DNA of 64,000 nucleotides, taken from positions 116,808,001-116,872,000 of the forward strand of contig OZ024740.1 of assembly GCA_964016885.1 (NCBI GenBank), in the 5' to 3' direction. Origin of the DNA: Eledone cirrhosa. Its lineage: Eukaryota. Positions 41,910 to 56,000 of the stretch are shown piece by piece; within the stretch, counting starts at the first letter, position 1, and every line of letters starts with the position of its first letter. A program made the translations under genes and the position numbers. The notes under the pieces were generated by a model, which had not been told where the DNA came from, ran no database searches, and saw only the letters and a program-made list of their open reading frames with translations.

Positions 41910-42976
41910 ATACGTATATATATTAATGCATCTATATAATAGTTATCTCTTTTCTGCTGTTGATGCATTTATGTGTACAGGGTTAAACCATCTAATGCAT
42001 ATACTTTTTAAAACCTTAGAGTGTGTTTCGAAACAGACTTGTCTGCTGTTTTAGTAGGCTGGATGAATTAATTTGTCTTGCAATTGTTTTGTGTATATCA
42101 ACGCTAGATACTTTGAATTCACGAAAGTTTCGAAGGGCAATAAACAGTTATAAAGGAGATGGTTGTTGTTCACAACATATTATATGATCTTTGAAATGCT
42201 GAAAATAAGAGTGATAAAGAAAGGATAATACACTTATATTGTTGTTTAGCAATAGTTAAGCAATTTGCTTTATATTTGGGGTATATCCAAACGACGAGAT
42301 AGAAATGGTATATGTGTGAGAGAGATTGCTGTTTGTTACGAAGTGCAATTCAACGTTAAGCAAAGAGATACAAATAAATCAAATCTAAAATGCAAAGCTC
42401 CCTCTTTCATATATGATAACATGTTGCTAAACTAGACAATCAACTGCAGGCTGAAATAATAGAAACAATATTCTGCTTTTTTGAACTAGTGTATAGACTA
42501 GTTCAATTATCATTCAATTAACTATCAAATAATTGTTTCTACTTTAGGCACAAGGCCAGCAATTTGAAGAGGAAGGGAAAGTCGACCAAATCGACCCCAG
42601 TATTCACTGGTGCTTTATTTTATCGACTCCGTAAGGATGAAAGGCAAAGCCAACCTCGGCGGGATTTGAACTCAATTAACTATCAAATAATAATACAGAT
42701 TTGTACGTTTCGCAGGTTCTTTGGGGTTAAATGATTTAACAGTTAAATGATTTAACGGTTAAATGAGAAAACTTTATGATTCAAATCTTCAATATTACGT
42801 TGTTATTAAAAATAGACATTGTTCCAGTCATCGTGCTAATAATATCTAGTAAGTTTTTTACTATACTAGTACGCATCGGTTAAATAATATTTTTGAACAA
42901 TCAGATTTTTTTTGTTTTCATCTATCTTACATAAAAAAAGGGTTACTATTAATATTCAATTATTATTTTATCACAG

Positions 42977-43085
42977 AAATCCCGCCGAGGTTAACTTTGC
43001 CTTTCATCCTTACGGGGTCGATAAAATAAAGTACCAGTAATGTACTGGGTAATTGCTGGCCTTGTGCCAAAAGTAGGAACAATTA
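42977..43085 (+). mobile_element. SINE family S, 5'-truncated
   Basis: Near-identical to 24045-24152. Confidence 0.85.
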
Positions 43086-43157
43086 TTTTATACACAGAAA
43101 TAACCCTGAAGGACTTACCAATTCAGTAAATGTATGCTTTCTCTCTCTCTCTCTTAC

Positions 43158-43258
<101 letters not shown>

Positions 43259-44044
43259 TGAATACACACAGGCACGCACACTCACACACACAACACACCC
43301 ATAACACGCACACAGTCGCGTGTGCACACATAAGTGATAGGGATTCTTTTCGTGTAAAGCTAGTTTTAATTTCCGCTTTGTGAGTTATAATTTGAACAGA
43401 ATCTTTTAATTAACGGGATGTTTACATTTCTGATTTCACAGAATTTTGGAAGAAGATCTCCCCAGACAAAGGAACAAGGCAATGGTTCGTTACGAGGTTG
43501 GCAACATTTGAGAATTTTAGTATTTCGTCATTCAATCTATCATTCGTTCACTGTAGAGTAGGTTTCAGAAACGATGTAATTACAAACATACCTTAAATTC
43601 ACATACTTATGAAATGTGAGCCAATGATATAAGCATCGCTAACAACAGCTGACGAGAAATATACCATGCTGTCATTCGATCTGCTAGAAATAGTAGCCAA
43701 ATTACCTCATTTACTGACTATTTTAAAATAGAGGCAGAACCATTACATAATTAGATACACATAAAAACGGCAAAGAGGTGAAAGCTGGACTGTATTTTAT
43801 CATATCGTGTGTGTATATATGTATGTTATCTATTAAGCCATTGCATTCAAAGAGCGAAGTTGAACGTGTTCTCTATAAAGTCCTACTGAGGGTTTGCCTT
43901 TCTGATCCTTATCTGATGCAAGATTTCTTCCGACATAAAATCCTTGTGATTTTCTTCACAAATCCATTGGATTGGATGGATTGCATGTGGAGATGATGAT
44001 GGAGAATAAATAAAGGTGAGGTACTGGTTTTTATTGTATTATTC

Positions 44045-44224
44045 CGCAGTATCGGTAGAGGGTCGGGCGCCATGATTTGCAACACAGTTACATCCCTTTA
44101 CGGACTGAGTTCAAATCCCGCCGAGGTTAACTTTGCCTTTCATCCTTACGGGATCGATAAAATAAAGTACCAGTAATACACTGGGATAATTGCTGGCCTT
44201 GTGCCAAAAGTAGAAACAATTATT
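44045..44224 (+). mobile_element. SINE family S
   Basis: Near full-length match to 23975-24152. Confidence 0.85.
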
Positions 44225-45059
44225 CGTGTAGCCGTCATCGTGAATAGTTAAATGAGGTAGGTTTTTTTCACTTCACATAGTGGAGCAATACAAAAACAGC
44301 CAGCATTACTTCGGTGGATCGTGTAAACGTGCCCACGAGGATCAGTCATTTGAATATCCAGATATATAGGTACAGTTTGCCTTGCTTGCATCTTACGAAG
44401 GTTTCTTTGTTCTTGATCGGAATAATATTTTAGGGGAACAGAATATATAAGAAATTTTTTTAAATCGTCAGAGATTTACAATGAAGTAAAACATCAGGTG
44501 GTGAAGTAAGCGAGTTGTTAGAACGCCGTATAAAATTAAAATCCCACCGAAATCCAAGTTTGCTTTTTATCCTTCCAAGGTCGTTAAATAATTAGAAGTT
44601 CAACACTGGGGTCAGATCTTCCTCTATCTCACGTCTCTCTCGTAGTTTTTTCTCTCTCCCTCTTTCTCTAATTTTATTTCTCTGGAAGACATCGACTGTG
44701 TTCCGACCTGGAGGGAGATGGGCTTCATCAGGTTTAAATGCCTTACGCTATATGTAATTACTATGGCCCTACGTCTTTATCATCACAATTTCAGGGAGTA
44801 TATTGTAGATATTCGACCAAAGACGTTTACAGTCAATAAATTATTAATATAACTAGAATACATGTAACATTACTAGTGTATAGCCATGACTACACTGACT
44901 CTACTACAATGTAATTGTTTTAGTGACAATAAAATACGCACTCACATATTGACAGAAACTCATATACAGTACATAGAGGTAACTAGTCGAAACCACCTGA
45001 GTTTGCGGTCAATATATATTACACACACACGCACACATATATATATACATATACATTTA

Positions 45060-45105
<46 letters not shown>

Positions 45106-45112
<7 letters not shown>

Positions 45113-45842
45113 AATTAGTATATTTACTAACATATATATTCAGATGCATACCTATGCCAGCAAATATATAGGTTTTGTCTTAGTAACTTTGTAGTTCAAT
45201 GCATGGGGATGCAGAACAATAATATGAGAGACGTAAAATAAGAAAATTATAAAAATTAACTTACTTACTAAAATTTCACTCCAACTAATTAGTTTCTGAA
45301 AGGGAATAAACGTAGTTTCCGAAGAAACGTACGGAGAAGCCTTTCGTCATCAGGGAAGTCTATTCTCAGCTAAGTTTCCAGGCAATACGTGGACACAGGG
45401 AACTTATACAAAAATAATTCAGTGGATGGAAAAAAGCAAAGCGTGGACTAAGTTCCAAGCCATTGAAAAAATCACTGCCTACTGCGTTGGTGGCAAATTC
45501 AAAAGAATCAATCACGTGACATCGAGGTCAATCAGTGAAGAGTGGTTTGTTAAGAAGACAGCAGCCGGACTGTTACTATGAACTATAGTAGCAGTTTTGG
45601 CCAATTTTGGCTCGACAAAATAATTTGGAGATAATTATAAAGAATTAGTATATTTACTAACATATATATACAGATGCATACCTATGCCAGCAAATATATA
45701 GGTTTTGTCTTAGTAACTTTGTGGTTCAATGCATGGGGATGCAGAACAATAATATGAGAGACGTAAAATAAGAAAATTATAAAAATTAGTTGGAGTGAAA
45801 TTTTAGTAAGTAAGTTAATTTTTATAATTTTCTTATTTTACG

Positions 45843-45851
<9 letters not shown>
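45106..45851 (-). mobile_element. Non-coding PLE-like element: direct repeats, HHR and inverted end, between (TA)n arrays
   Basis: Direct repeats 45106-45257 and 45636-45787 (2 mismatches). 45784-45852 is the reverse complement of 45222-45290. Confidence 0.85.
45278..45359 (-). ncRNA. Type I hammerhead ribozyme with long stem-loop II
   Basis: acttcc-CTGATGA-c-gaaagg...cctttc-a-GAAAC-taatta-GTT-ggagt; palindromic ACTAATTAGT. Confidence 0.75.
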
Positions 45852-45919
<68 letters not shown>

Positions 45920-46031
45920 TTTTATTCAAATCCCGCCAAGGTTAACTTTGCCTTTCATTCTTACGGGGTAGATAAACTAAAGTACCAGTAATGCACTGGG
46001 TAATTGCTGGCCTTGTGCCAATAATAGAAAC

Positions 46032-46089
<58 letters not shown>

Positions 46090-46341
46090 TATATATATAT
46101 ATGAAGAGAGCGAGAGAAGAGGGTAGGTAGAGAGACAAAAAGTAGAGTAATTACGCTGTATTATGTAGTGTTATCATTAGAAACAATTATGTAGTGTTAT
46201 CATTGAGGAAGAGAGAACTCAGTGATCCGTTTGCAGAGTAAATATTTATTGTGGCAAATGGATGGTTCAATGCATCACTGTGACCAATGGATTTACACCA
46301 CTCTGAGAATCTTCTGATTACATACACACGCACACACACAC

Positions 46342-46411
<70 letters not shown>

Positions 46412-46442
46412 GTGTATATATATGTATATATATATTTATATG

Positions 46443-46476
<34 letters not shown>

Positions 46477-46480
46477 AATG

Positions 46481-46545
<65 letters not shown>

Positions 46546-46706
46546 ATATATATGTGTGTGTGTGTATATATATGTATATATATATATACATATATATATA
46601 CATATATATATATATGTATATATAAATACATATATACACACACACACACTCGCATACATAAATATATTTACATTTATATTCATGCGTATATGCATATATA
46701 AGCATG

Positions 46707-46789
<83 letters not shown>

Positions 46790-47288
46790 TACGTATGTAT
46801 GCGAGTGTGTGTGTGTGTGCGTGTGTGTATGAGTGTGTGTGATAGGAAAACGAGATAACATGAATGGTGCTGGTGGAATAAGATGCGTCGTCATTGAAGT
46901 ATTTCGTCTTTTATATCGTCTCAATGAAGATAGCATGTATTTTCACAGAAAACACTGAATTATTGGGGCTTTTGACTGGAGATGATGGAACAGTGGGTGG
47001 ACGTAACGGAACAGGGGTTGTGTTGTCGGAACAGGGGTGGAGGTGATGAAATAGAAGGTGTAGGTGTTGGAAGACGAATGGAGGTGATGGTAGTATGGGG
47101 GTGGCAGTATTCAATTGATGGTTATAACAAAAAGGAAGCGATGAAAATGAGTATGTGAGTTAGTGAGAGAGTGAGTGAGTGTTTGAGTTAGTGAGTGAGT
47201 GTTTGAGTTAGTGAGTGAGTGTTTCAGTTAGTGAGTGAGTGGGTGCGTTAGTGAGTAAGCGAGAGAGTACCTGAGTGAGAGAGAGAGA

Positions 47289-47415
<127 letters not shown>

Positions 47416-47433
47416 TCACTGTGTATATGAGTG

Positions 47434-47475
<42 letters not shown>

Positions 47476-48119
47476 AGAGAGTGTGTAATTGAGAAAGTGA
47501 GTGGGTAGCTGGGTGATTGAGGGAAAGAATTTGTGGATGAGTGAGGGAGTGAGTATGTGAGTGAGTGATTGAGTGGTTGTGTGAGTGAGTGAGTTGGCGA
47601 GTGAGAAAATGATTGTCTGAGTGAATGTCAATTACAGTGTGTGAGTTATTGAGGAAAAGTGAGAATGGGTGAGTGAGAGAGTAAGCGTGTGAGTGAAGAG
47701 TGGAAGAGTGAGCAGGTGAGTAAGTGTGTGAGGGTGTGAGGGAAAGAGTAAGTGTGTGAGTACGTGAGCCAATGAGTGAGAGAGTGAGCGAATGAGTAAG
47801 GGAGTGGAAGATTGAGGAAGGCATGAGTGAGTGAAGGAGGGAATGGGGGTTGCGAGAGGGAATGAGTGAGTGAGTGAGTGTAAAACTGAATGATTGAATG
47901 AAAATGGCAGTGGATAGTTGGGGAGGAAAGGGATATTTATACATACTAAGGGATAGAAATACTAAGGAAACAAGGATCGGGACTTGTGTAATTGTATACT
48001 TCTAATTTTCAGTGGTGGATAATGTCTGGTAATGAAATTTTATCAATTACATATAACACACAAGTTAGTTGCTGTAAGTGACTAGTGTGTGTATGTATGT
48101 ATAAGTATAAGTACTCCTG

Positions 48120-48240
<121 letters not shown>

Positions 48241-48304
48241 GTGTGTATGTGTGGGTGTAAATATATACACATGCTTGGCGCCTCCGCATCGGAATTTTAC
48301 ATCA

Positions 48305-48446
<142 letters not shown>

Positions 48447-48553
48447 GTCAATACTCATCTTTTTCCATTTCTCCGAGGGTTCTTAACCCAACTATCAGGC
48501 TAAATAATTTCTTTAATTTCTTTAGTCAAAATACGGCGATAGCTTACATTTCT

Positions 48554-48627
<74 letters not shown>

Positions 48628-48831
48628 TTGTGAATACAAAGGAAAGAAAAGAGCAATAAACACATTATTTGAAAGCTGACTGTTTTTATATAAGCAATTT
48701 TACTTAACTCCGCATTACCACCAGTTTCGAGACGAAAACACGTCAATGTCACCAAACAAAATGAAGAATGGAGTTCACAGCTATGCAGTCAAAATCCTCT
48801 ATTAGTTGGTTCAAGTCATATATATATATAT

Positions 48832-49895
48832 AGGAGTAGAAACACAACAGTTAGTTCACCATACCGAGAACAATTGTTTCACCTTATGCGGATCTTCAGC
48901 TCGGACTGGTCATAGTTAAACGGAACAGGAAGAACAACCGTATGAACGCGCATGCGCTGAAACGGTCTCTTCACCCAAGCGGTACAAAGCCACGGGCGAA
49001 AGGTGTAAGGGAGATAGCTGCGAAAGTCCGGAAAAGATGTCCGAGTTGATTAGAAAATTAGAATGTTGTTATTCAATCCGGAGCTTGGCAGTTATGCAAG
49101 ATGTCTTTCCAGACATGTGGACAACGTGAGAAGATTCCATTTCTTGAATTTAGGCAATCACTATTGCGTAATCTCCTTAGAATATTTATCCTTTCTTCAA
49201 TACACAGTCCACAAGATGGATTGCCCAAGTGTATGGCTTGGACTTAGTGATGGCTTTCTCTTGAATGGAGTAGACTATACCTGAATCCTTAAGGGACCAT
49301 AAGAGTTTCGTGGATGATCGTTTTTCTGGGTACCTAAAGGTCGACTGATGGTTCAGAAAGCGTTCCTTAAGTCGGCCCTCCGCCATACCCACATAGGATT
49401 TGACCTCATGTGGTTCATTTGGTCAGTTGTTTGTGACCACAGCTTCATAAACTACAGCGGGTGTGATGCATTGCTGTTGGAGGGGACACGCTTCAGGCTT
49501 TCGGCAAGAGCATCCTGGTGATATGCCGCTCTTAAGACTGTTGGGGATGTGGGCCTTCATATTCTTAGCGCAGGAGTACCCTAGTTTCTGTTTAAGATGG
49601 AGAGGTATTTGTGACCTATGGGAAAGTGTCTATCTAAGAGGGTTAAAAAATGTTTTCCTACATTAGTTTTAACGTTGGGAGAGAACCAGATAGTTTGTCT
49701 ATTGTTACGATTTCTTTTCTTATTGTTGTTGTTGTTAGTGGGGGAGTAAGTAATTGGTTGCGAGAAGCCGCTGTTAGCTAACGCCGTGTTATAGTAGGGT
49801 GCCGCTCTGTCAAAGATAGCCTTATTAGAGGAGAGTTTAGAGATTCTAGTACTGATATTATTTACGAAGTTTCTAAAAACAGTAAGAGGGTGGCA

Positions 49896-49898
<3 letters not shown>
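48832..49898 (-). mobile_element. Penelope-like element, 5'-truncated and decayed (RT thumb, linker, GIY-YIG, pLTR)
   Basis: Minus strand NISTRISKLSSNKAIFDRAAPYYNTALANSGF, C..P..CPL..C, and YVGMAEGRLKERFLNH, followed by a 3' UTR with an HHR. Confidence 0.85.
48864..48904 (-). ncRNA. Minimal hammerhead ribozyme in PLE pLTR
   Basis: ccgag-CTGAAGA-tccgcataaggt-GAAAC-aatt-GTT-ctcgg. Confidence 0.82.
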
Positions 49899-49945
<47 letters not shown>

Positions 49946-50040
49946 TGTAGCTCCTGTCTGTTTGTTTGTTTGTTCACGAACTCCTCCTGATATTATTTAC
50001 GAAGTTTCTAAAAACAGTAGGATGGTGGCAACTTTACACT

Positions 50041-50149
<109 letters not shown>

Positions 50150-50159
50150 TATAAGATAT

Positions 50160-50700
50160 ATATATATATATATAAAGTTGTAGCTCCTGTCTGTTTGTTT
50201 GTTTGCTCACGAGCTCCTCCTATGGCTTTGGAGATAGACCCCATAACCATATATATTCTGAAACTACATTACCCAGGGTACTTGGATAAGTATATTTCAT
50301 TTTAATCAAAGAGTTTCCCGGGGGCACAAACCTCCACTGAAAGCCCCCGCTGAAAATTCTGTCCCTTCGATCTATTTGAAATTAAAACCATAGTTAAATG
50401 ACAAGACATTATGCCTATTCACAAAATTTCAGCAAATTTCAATGATATTAAGACACCCTAATAGAGGTTAATCAAAGGGTTCCCCGGGGGCACAAATCTC
50501 CGCTGAAATGTTTTTCCCTTGGATTTATATGAAATTTAAACCATAGGTAAATGACAAGAGATAATGCCTATTCACAAAATTTCAGCAAATTTCAATAATA
50601 TTAAGACACCCTAATGGGGTTTAAATAGTAAACATTTTGGAAGCCCATAACTTGAGTATTGGAACTTTGAATTTCTAATTTGAAAATAATGCTTTACACA
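50160..50700 (+). mobile_element. Non-autonomous Helitron-like fragment with an internal ~170-bp duplication
   Basis: (TA)n-AAAGTTGTAGCTCCTGTCTGTTTGTTTGTTTG head typical of non-autonomous Helitrons; 50300-50470 is repeated at 50470-50620. Confidence 0.45.
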
Positions 50701-51025
50701 AAAAATGAAATGATCAAGTTTTGAATTGATATTTTGAAAAAAGTTATTTACAAGAAACAAAATAAGAATAAGATTTAATAATGTAATTTTGATTTGATAT
50801 ATTACAAAAAATAATGTTTTTCAATTTTTCATGCATTACATTTTACATTGAGTAATTTTGAAATCTTCATGTACAGGCATTGCACGATGGCATTAGTTGA
50901 TAATTGTCAATAATGTTATATTGTGCAATGGCCACATTCGATAACGAGGGGGCAGCCATCATTATAATGCCTGCGTTTCATATCTAATTAATATAATAAT
51001 AGCCAATTCTTATAAATAATATATA

Positions 51026-51952
51026 TCTACTATATAAATTGGAAGTGGTCGGACGTTGTATATTTAAGTAAGTAGGTGTAGTCGGATAAACGTCGAAACG
51101 GCTTGGTGGAATGCAGCGAAAATTTACACAGAATGACCCGAGGAGGCGTTGGATCGACTTTCAAGCTACAAGCTTCCATGGTTACGGAGAAAATCGATGA
51201 AACAGGAATTTCCCATTCAAATTGAACTGAGAGTAATCTGTGAACGCAGAAGTAAATATTTCGAGAAACGTTACAACCGAACGAAAACAGGAAGACGATA
51301 TTTTGGTTCGTGAAGACGTTCCCTGGCAATGAACGGGAAAAAAGCGAGGATAATACGTCGTTATGTGGCGCGTGAAGAACAATTTAATGCAAAGACAAGA
51401 CCAAGTTTATGGTATAAATGGAGTCGTTAGACTAATATTCTATTTAAAATAATAGAATGATTTCCAGCCCCGGAGTTTAAGAATGATGTAAATAAAATTG
51501 AAAACGGAAATGACAGAGGTTATTAAAATATGCATTTCTACAGTATTTTCACCAAACTTAAGACATAGGTTACTTATGTACTCCGGGTGGCCATGGGCAC
51601 TTTCATTTTCCCAGATATTGATTATAGGGCCTCCCGGCAGATAACCCCTTTAGTCACTTCCTTGGAGTCGACTGAAGCACTGCAGTACAATGCATCAAAA
51701 CGTCATAACTTCTGGAGTTTGCAACCGATTTTCACAAAACTTGACACATGGGCTACGTTTGTCCTACAGATGAATTTGAACTCTCAGAATTAGCACATAT
51801 TGAGTAGGGGACCCCTGGGGGCAGGAACCCCCTTTTGGAAAAAGCCGATGATTTTGTAAAAGTATAGTTTTCGAAGCAGCGCTGAAGTATTGACATAAAT
51901 GTTATACACAACTGCTATTTAATACCCGAGCAACGCCGAGTACCTCTGCTAG
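51026..51952 (+). mobile_element. Non-autonomous Helitron
   Basis: A|TC start; 5' ~190 bp shared with the element at 51953; 3' degenerate hairpin ACCCGAGCAACGCCGAGT then CTAG. Confidence 0.85.
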
Positions 51953-52195
51953 TCTACTATATAAATTGGAAGCGGTCGGACGTTGTATATTTAAGTAAGT
52001 AGGTGTAGTCGGATAAACGTCAAACGGCTTGGTGGAATGCAGCGAAAATTTACACAGTTATGCAGAATTACCCAAGGAGGCGTGGGTCGACTTTCAAATT
52101 AAAAGCTTCAATGGTTACAGAGAAAATCGATGAAACAATCAATGAAATTCAATGATAACAAAGGGAGATAACCTCTTTTTATTAAAGAGTTTTTT

Positions 52196-52370
52196 CCCTT
52201 GAAATTTTATCGATTTCTTGACAATTTTCCACGGAAACTTCAACACGTGGTTATTGGATAAAAAGTATTTTTATCGACCCTTGAAATTTTATCGATTTCT
52301 TGACAATTTTCCAAGGAAACTTCAACACGTGGTTATTGGATTAAAAATATTTTTATCGATTTCTTGACAA
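52196..52370 (+). repeat. ~82-bp tandem repeat in the Helitron 5' region
   Basis: CCCTTGAAATTTTATCGATTTCTTGACAATTTTCC... about 2.3 copies. Confidence 0.8.
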
Positions 52371-53026
52371 TACAGTTCTAAGCAGACTTCTGCATAAACA
52401 ACACATTCAAATTAATAAGGCATACTCTGCATTTCATTAGTTTATTTAACTACAATAATCAGTTTAAATGGGTTGCATTAACGTCACACCAGTATCGTGA
52501 ACGCTCGATTACAAGATTTGATTTTTTGCGCGTTCTAAGCAGACTTCTACTGCAATAAAAATCATTTACGGTTTGTTCGATCGTGTAAAACTACTACGTG
52601 TGCGTGTTACCATGTTTAGGTTTGTATATGTGTTTGTGTTACCATGTTTAGGTTTGTAACTGTGCTAATATCCCATAACTTAGTGCAACTTGACAAAAGA
52701 GATCAATAAAGTAAGTGCCAGCTTTGAAAAATTAGTACTGGGATTGATATGACTGATTAAAGTAGTGGAGCAATGGGAATTCCTGAAGGCAAAAATTGAA
52801 ATCTGTGGATGAAGGAGGTCTCTAGGGTGAGGGAGAGTGACTTGGTAGTGGAACAGAAGGGTGGAGAAAATTAAGGCCAAAAGACAGACATGGAAAAATG
52901 GTAGAATGGGGGAGTATCGAGCACTGTTAGGATGCTAGGAGAAAAGCTAGGTGACAAGTATACTTTGCAAGGAAAGCAGAAAATAAGAAATTTAAACATG
53001 CTCTGTCACATCCATTTTTACAGGTT

Positions 53027-56000
53027 ATGCCTAAACGAAAATGCTCTATTATCTCTTCTAAAAGAACCAAACTCCTTCAATTGCGACAAAGGGAATCGCG
53101 AGCACAGGTACGCCTTCTTCTATTTTTAATGCTTATTTTGCAATACACGTTTATCTGTATTTTATTTTAAATTAACTTCTTTTTGTATTTATTTTACTAG
53201 GAAACGGCTAGCCAAAAGGAAGGCAGACTTTCAACGTCACGTCAGTATCGTGAACGCTCGGTTCTCGAGGAGTCCGAAGTAGCAAGGCAGGCCCGCTTTG
53301 CTGACAAACACAGCCGCAATCAACGCTCTTTTCTCGAAGAGTCAGCCGAAGCCCGCCTTGCTGACATGCGCGGTCGCAATGAACGCTCTCTTCTCGAAGA
53401 GTCAGCCGAAGCAAGGCAGGCCCGCCTTGCTGACATGCGCGGTCGCAATGAACGCTCTCTTCTCGAAGAGTCAGCCGAAGCAAGGCAGGCCCGCCTTGCT
53501 GACATGCGCGGTCGCAATGAACGCTCTCTTCTCGAAGAGTCAGCCGAAGCAAGGCAGGCTCGCCTTGCTGACAAACGCAGCCGCAATGAACGGTCTCTTC
53601 TCGAAGAGTCAGCCGAAGCAAGAGAGGCCCGCCTTGCTGACATGCGCGGTCGCAATGAACGCTCTCTTCTCAAAGAGTCAGCCGAAGCAAGGCAGGCCCG
53701 CCTTGCTGACAAACGCAGCCGCAATGAACGCTCTCTTCTCGAAGAGTCAGCCGAAGCAAGGCAGGCCCGCCTTGCTGACAAACGCAGCCGCAATGAACGC
53801 TCTCTTCTCGAAGAGTCAGCCGAAGCAAGGCAGGCCCGCCTTGCTGACAAACGCAGCCGCAATGAACGCTCTCTTCTCGAAGAGTCAGCCGAAGCAAGGT
53901 AGGCCCGCCTTGCTGACATGCGCGGTCGCAATGAACGCTCTCTTCTCGAAGAGTCAGCCGAAGCAAGGGAGGCCCGCCTTGCTGACCAGCATATTCGCAA
54001 TCAACGCTCTATTCTCGAAGAGTCAGCCGAAGCGAAGGAGGCCCGCCTTGCTGACAAACGTAGCCGCAATCAACGCTCTCTTCTCGAGGAGTCGGTTGAG
54101 GTAACAGAAGAAGGGCTGGCAGGGAGAGGTCAAAGAAATGTAGCTTCTGCAAGAGGCGTTGTTTGGATGAGAGCTGGCTTCAACTACAGCCGTTCTGATG
54201 ATTTTACTGATCACCCTGCCATAACTCTTGGTAAAATGAACAATATATGCCAGTATTGCGGAGCTAAGAAGTGGGGCGGAGAGGCACCCGGTCTTTGTTG
54301 TTCTAGAGGTAAGGTTCGACTTCAAGCGCTGGCAGATCCACCTGAAATTCTGAAAAATCTGCTCACCGGAAACTCCAACGACGCCAAGAAATTCTGCAAG
54401 GACACGTGGAAATATAATTCGAGTTTCGTTATGACATCTTTTGGTGTTAATGATGACATGGAACGCAGAATTACCAACAGCGGCAGCAACAACAACGGTC
54501 GTGCTGAGGAAGACTCCCACTCTGACAGGAAAGAAAAAAGAAAAGGTGTACACCTTCAAAATTCAGGGTCAGTGTTACCATCTGATAGGCAGTCTTCGTT
54601 CGCAGCCAAACGTGGAACCCAAATTTCGGCAGGTCTTCCAAAGATTTCCCAAAGATGTAAGTTAAATTCCGGTGTTGACGTTAGTATTGTTGCTAACCTT
54701 CAAATCATGCTTCATCAAACTCACCCTTATGTCAGAGATTTTAAGAATGCTTTGGAACTGCTGGACGCCCGACCCGAACTTCAATTAACCATTAAAGCTG
54801 ACCGTCGTCCTGCTGGAGAACATCCTGGGCGTTTCAACGCTCCAACTACTAACGAGGTAGCAGCCATTTTGGTCGGTGAACAGTACGGTAAGCACAATAT
54901 CGTGCTTCATAATCGCGACAGTCGACTTTCATTTGTTTGCGCAAGTAATCGAGCGTACGACTGCCTTCAGTATCCCGTGGTTTTTCCAACCGGGGAAGAC
55001 GGCTACAACTTTGAACTGCGCCAGGTTAATCCAACGAGCGGTGCTGAATTGTCTAAACGTGTTTCTTGCAAGGATTTTTACGCATACCGTCTAATGGTTC
55101 GAGATGGTCAATTCAACCAAATTCTACGCTTCAGGGACGTAACTAACCAATTCTTGGTCAACATGTACGCCAAGATAGAAGGTGAAAGGCTACTTTTCAT
55201 ACGGCTTAATCAGAAAACTCTGCGAGTCGAGAAATACATCCACCTAAAGGACGCTGTGCAGCCTGACGGTGACGCATCCAACGTTGGACATCAGGTGATT
55301 CTACCTTCCAGATTTACCAGGTCACCGCGGTATATGCATCAGCGAACACAGGATGCAATGTCATATGTTCGTAAATTTGGGCGTCCTGACCTGTTTATAA
55401 CCTTCACATGCAACCCTAACTGGCCGGAGATTAAGGAATACCTATTCAACGGACAGGCAACCTGCGACAGACATGACTTATCTGCGAGAGTTTTCCATCT
55501 TAAATTGCAAAACCTTATGTGGTTGCTGAAACATGGTGCCATTTTCAGGCAACTGAATGCATGGATGTACACAGTGGAATGGCAGAAACGGGGTCTTCCA
55601 CACGCTCATATATTAATTTGGTGCAAGGAGAGAATCAGGCCTTCGGACATCGATCGGGTTATATGGGCAGAGCTGCCTGACCCTCAAAAGGACCCCGAAC
55701 TCTTCAAGATTGTTTCAAAGCACATGATACACGGACCATGCGGCGTCATAAATCCTGCATCACCATGTATGGCACAGAACAAGTGCACGAGACGATATCC
55801 CAGAGCTTTTAACGGAAACATGCACTGGGGTTGACGGCTACACCATTTACCGCCGACGTTTCCCCGACATTGATGGGATTACTGCTACGATTACGAGAAA
55901 TGGAAAAACATGAAATTGACAACAGCTTGGTGGTGCCCTACAATCCTTTCCTTGCGCAAATGTTTAATGCACACATCAACGTAGAGTCCTGCTCATCCGT

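Noticed and set aside
53240-54090. Regular 69-bp repeat as a possible CRISPR array, and its alternative-frame and antisense ORFs
   Set aside because: There are no unique spacers and the context is eukaryotic. The repeat is in frame with RepHel; the other frames are shadows.
53918-55834. 638-aa ORF as an intact gene
   Set aside because: The conserved YTFKIQGQCYHLIGSL motif lies in another frame (54441-54665), there is an upstream TAG at 53900, and there are many downstream disruptions. It is part of a pseudogene, although some homopolymer frameshifts could be sequencing errors.
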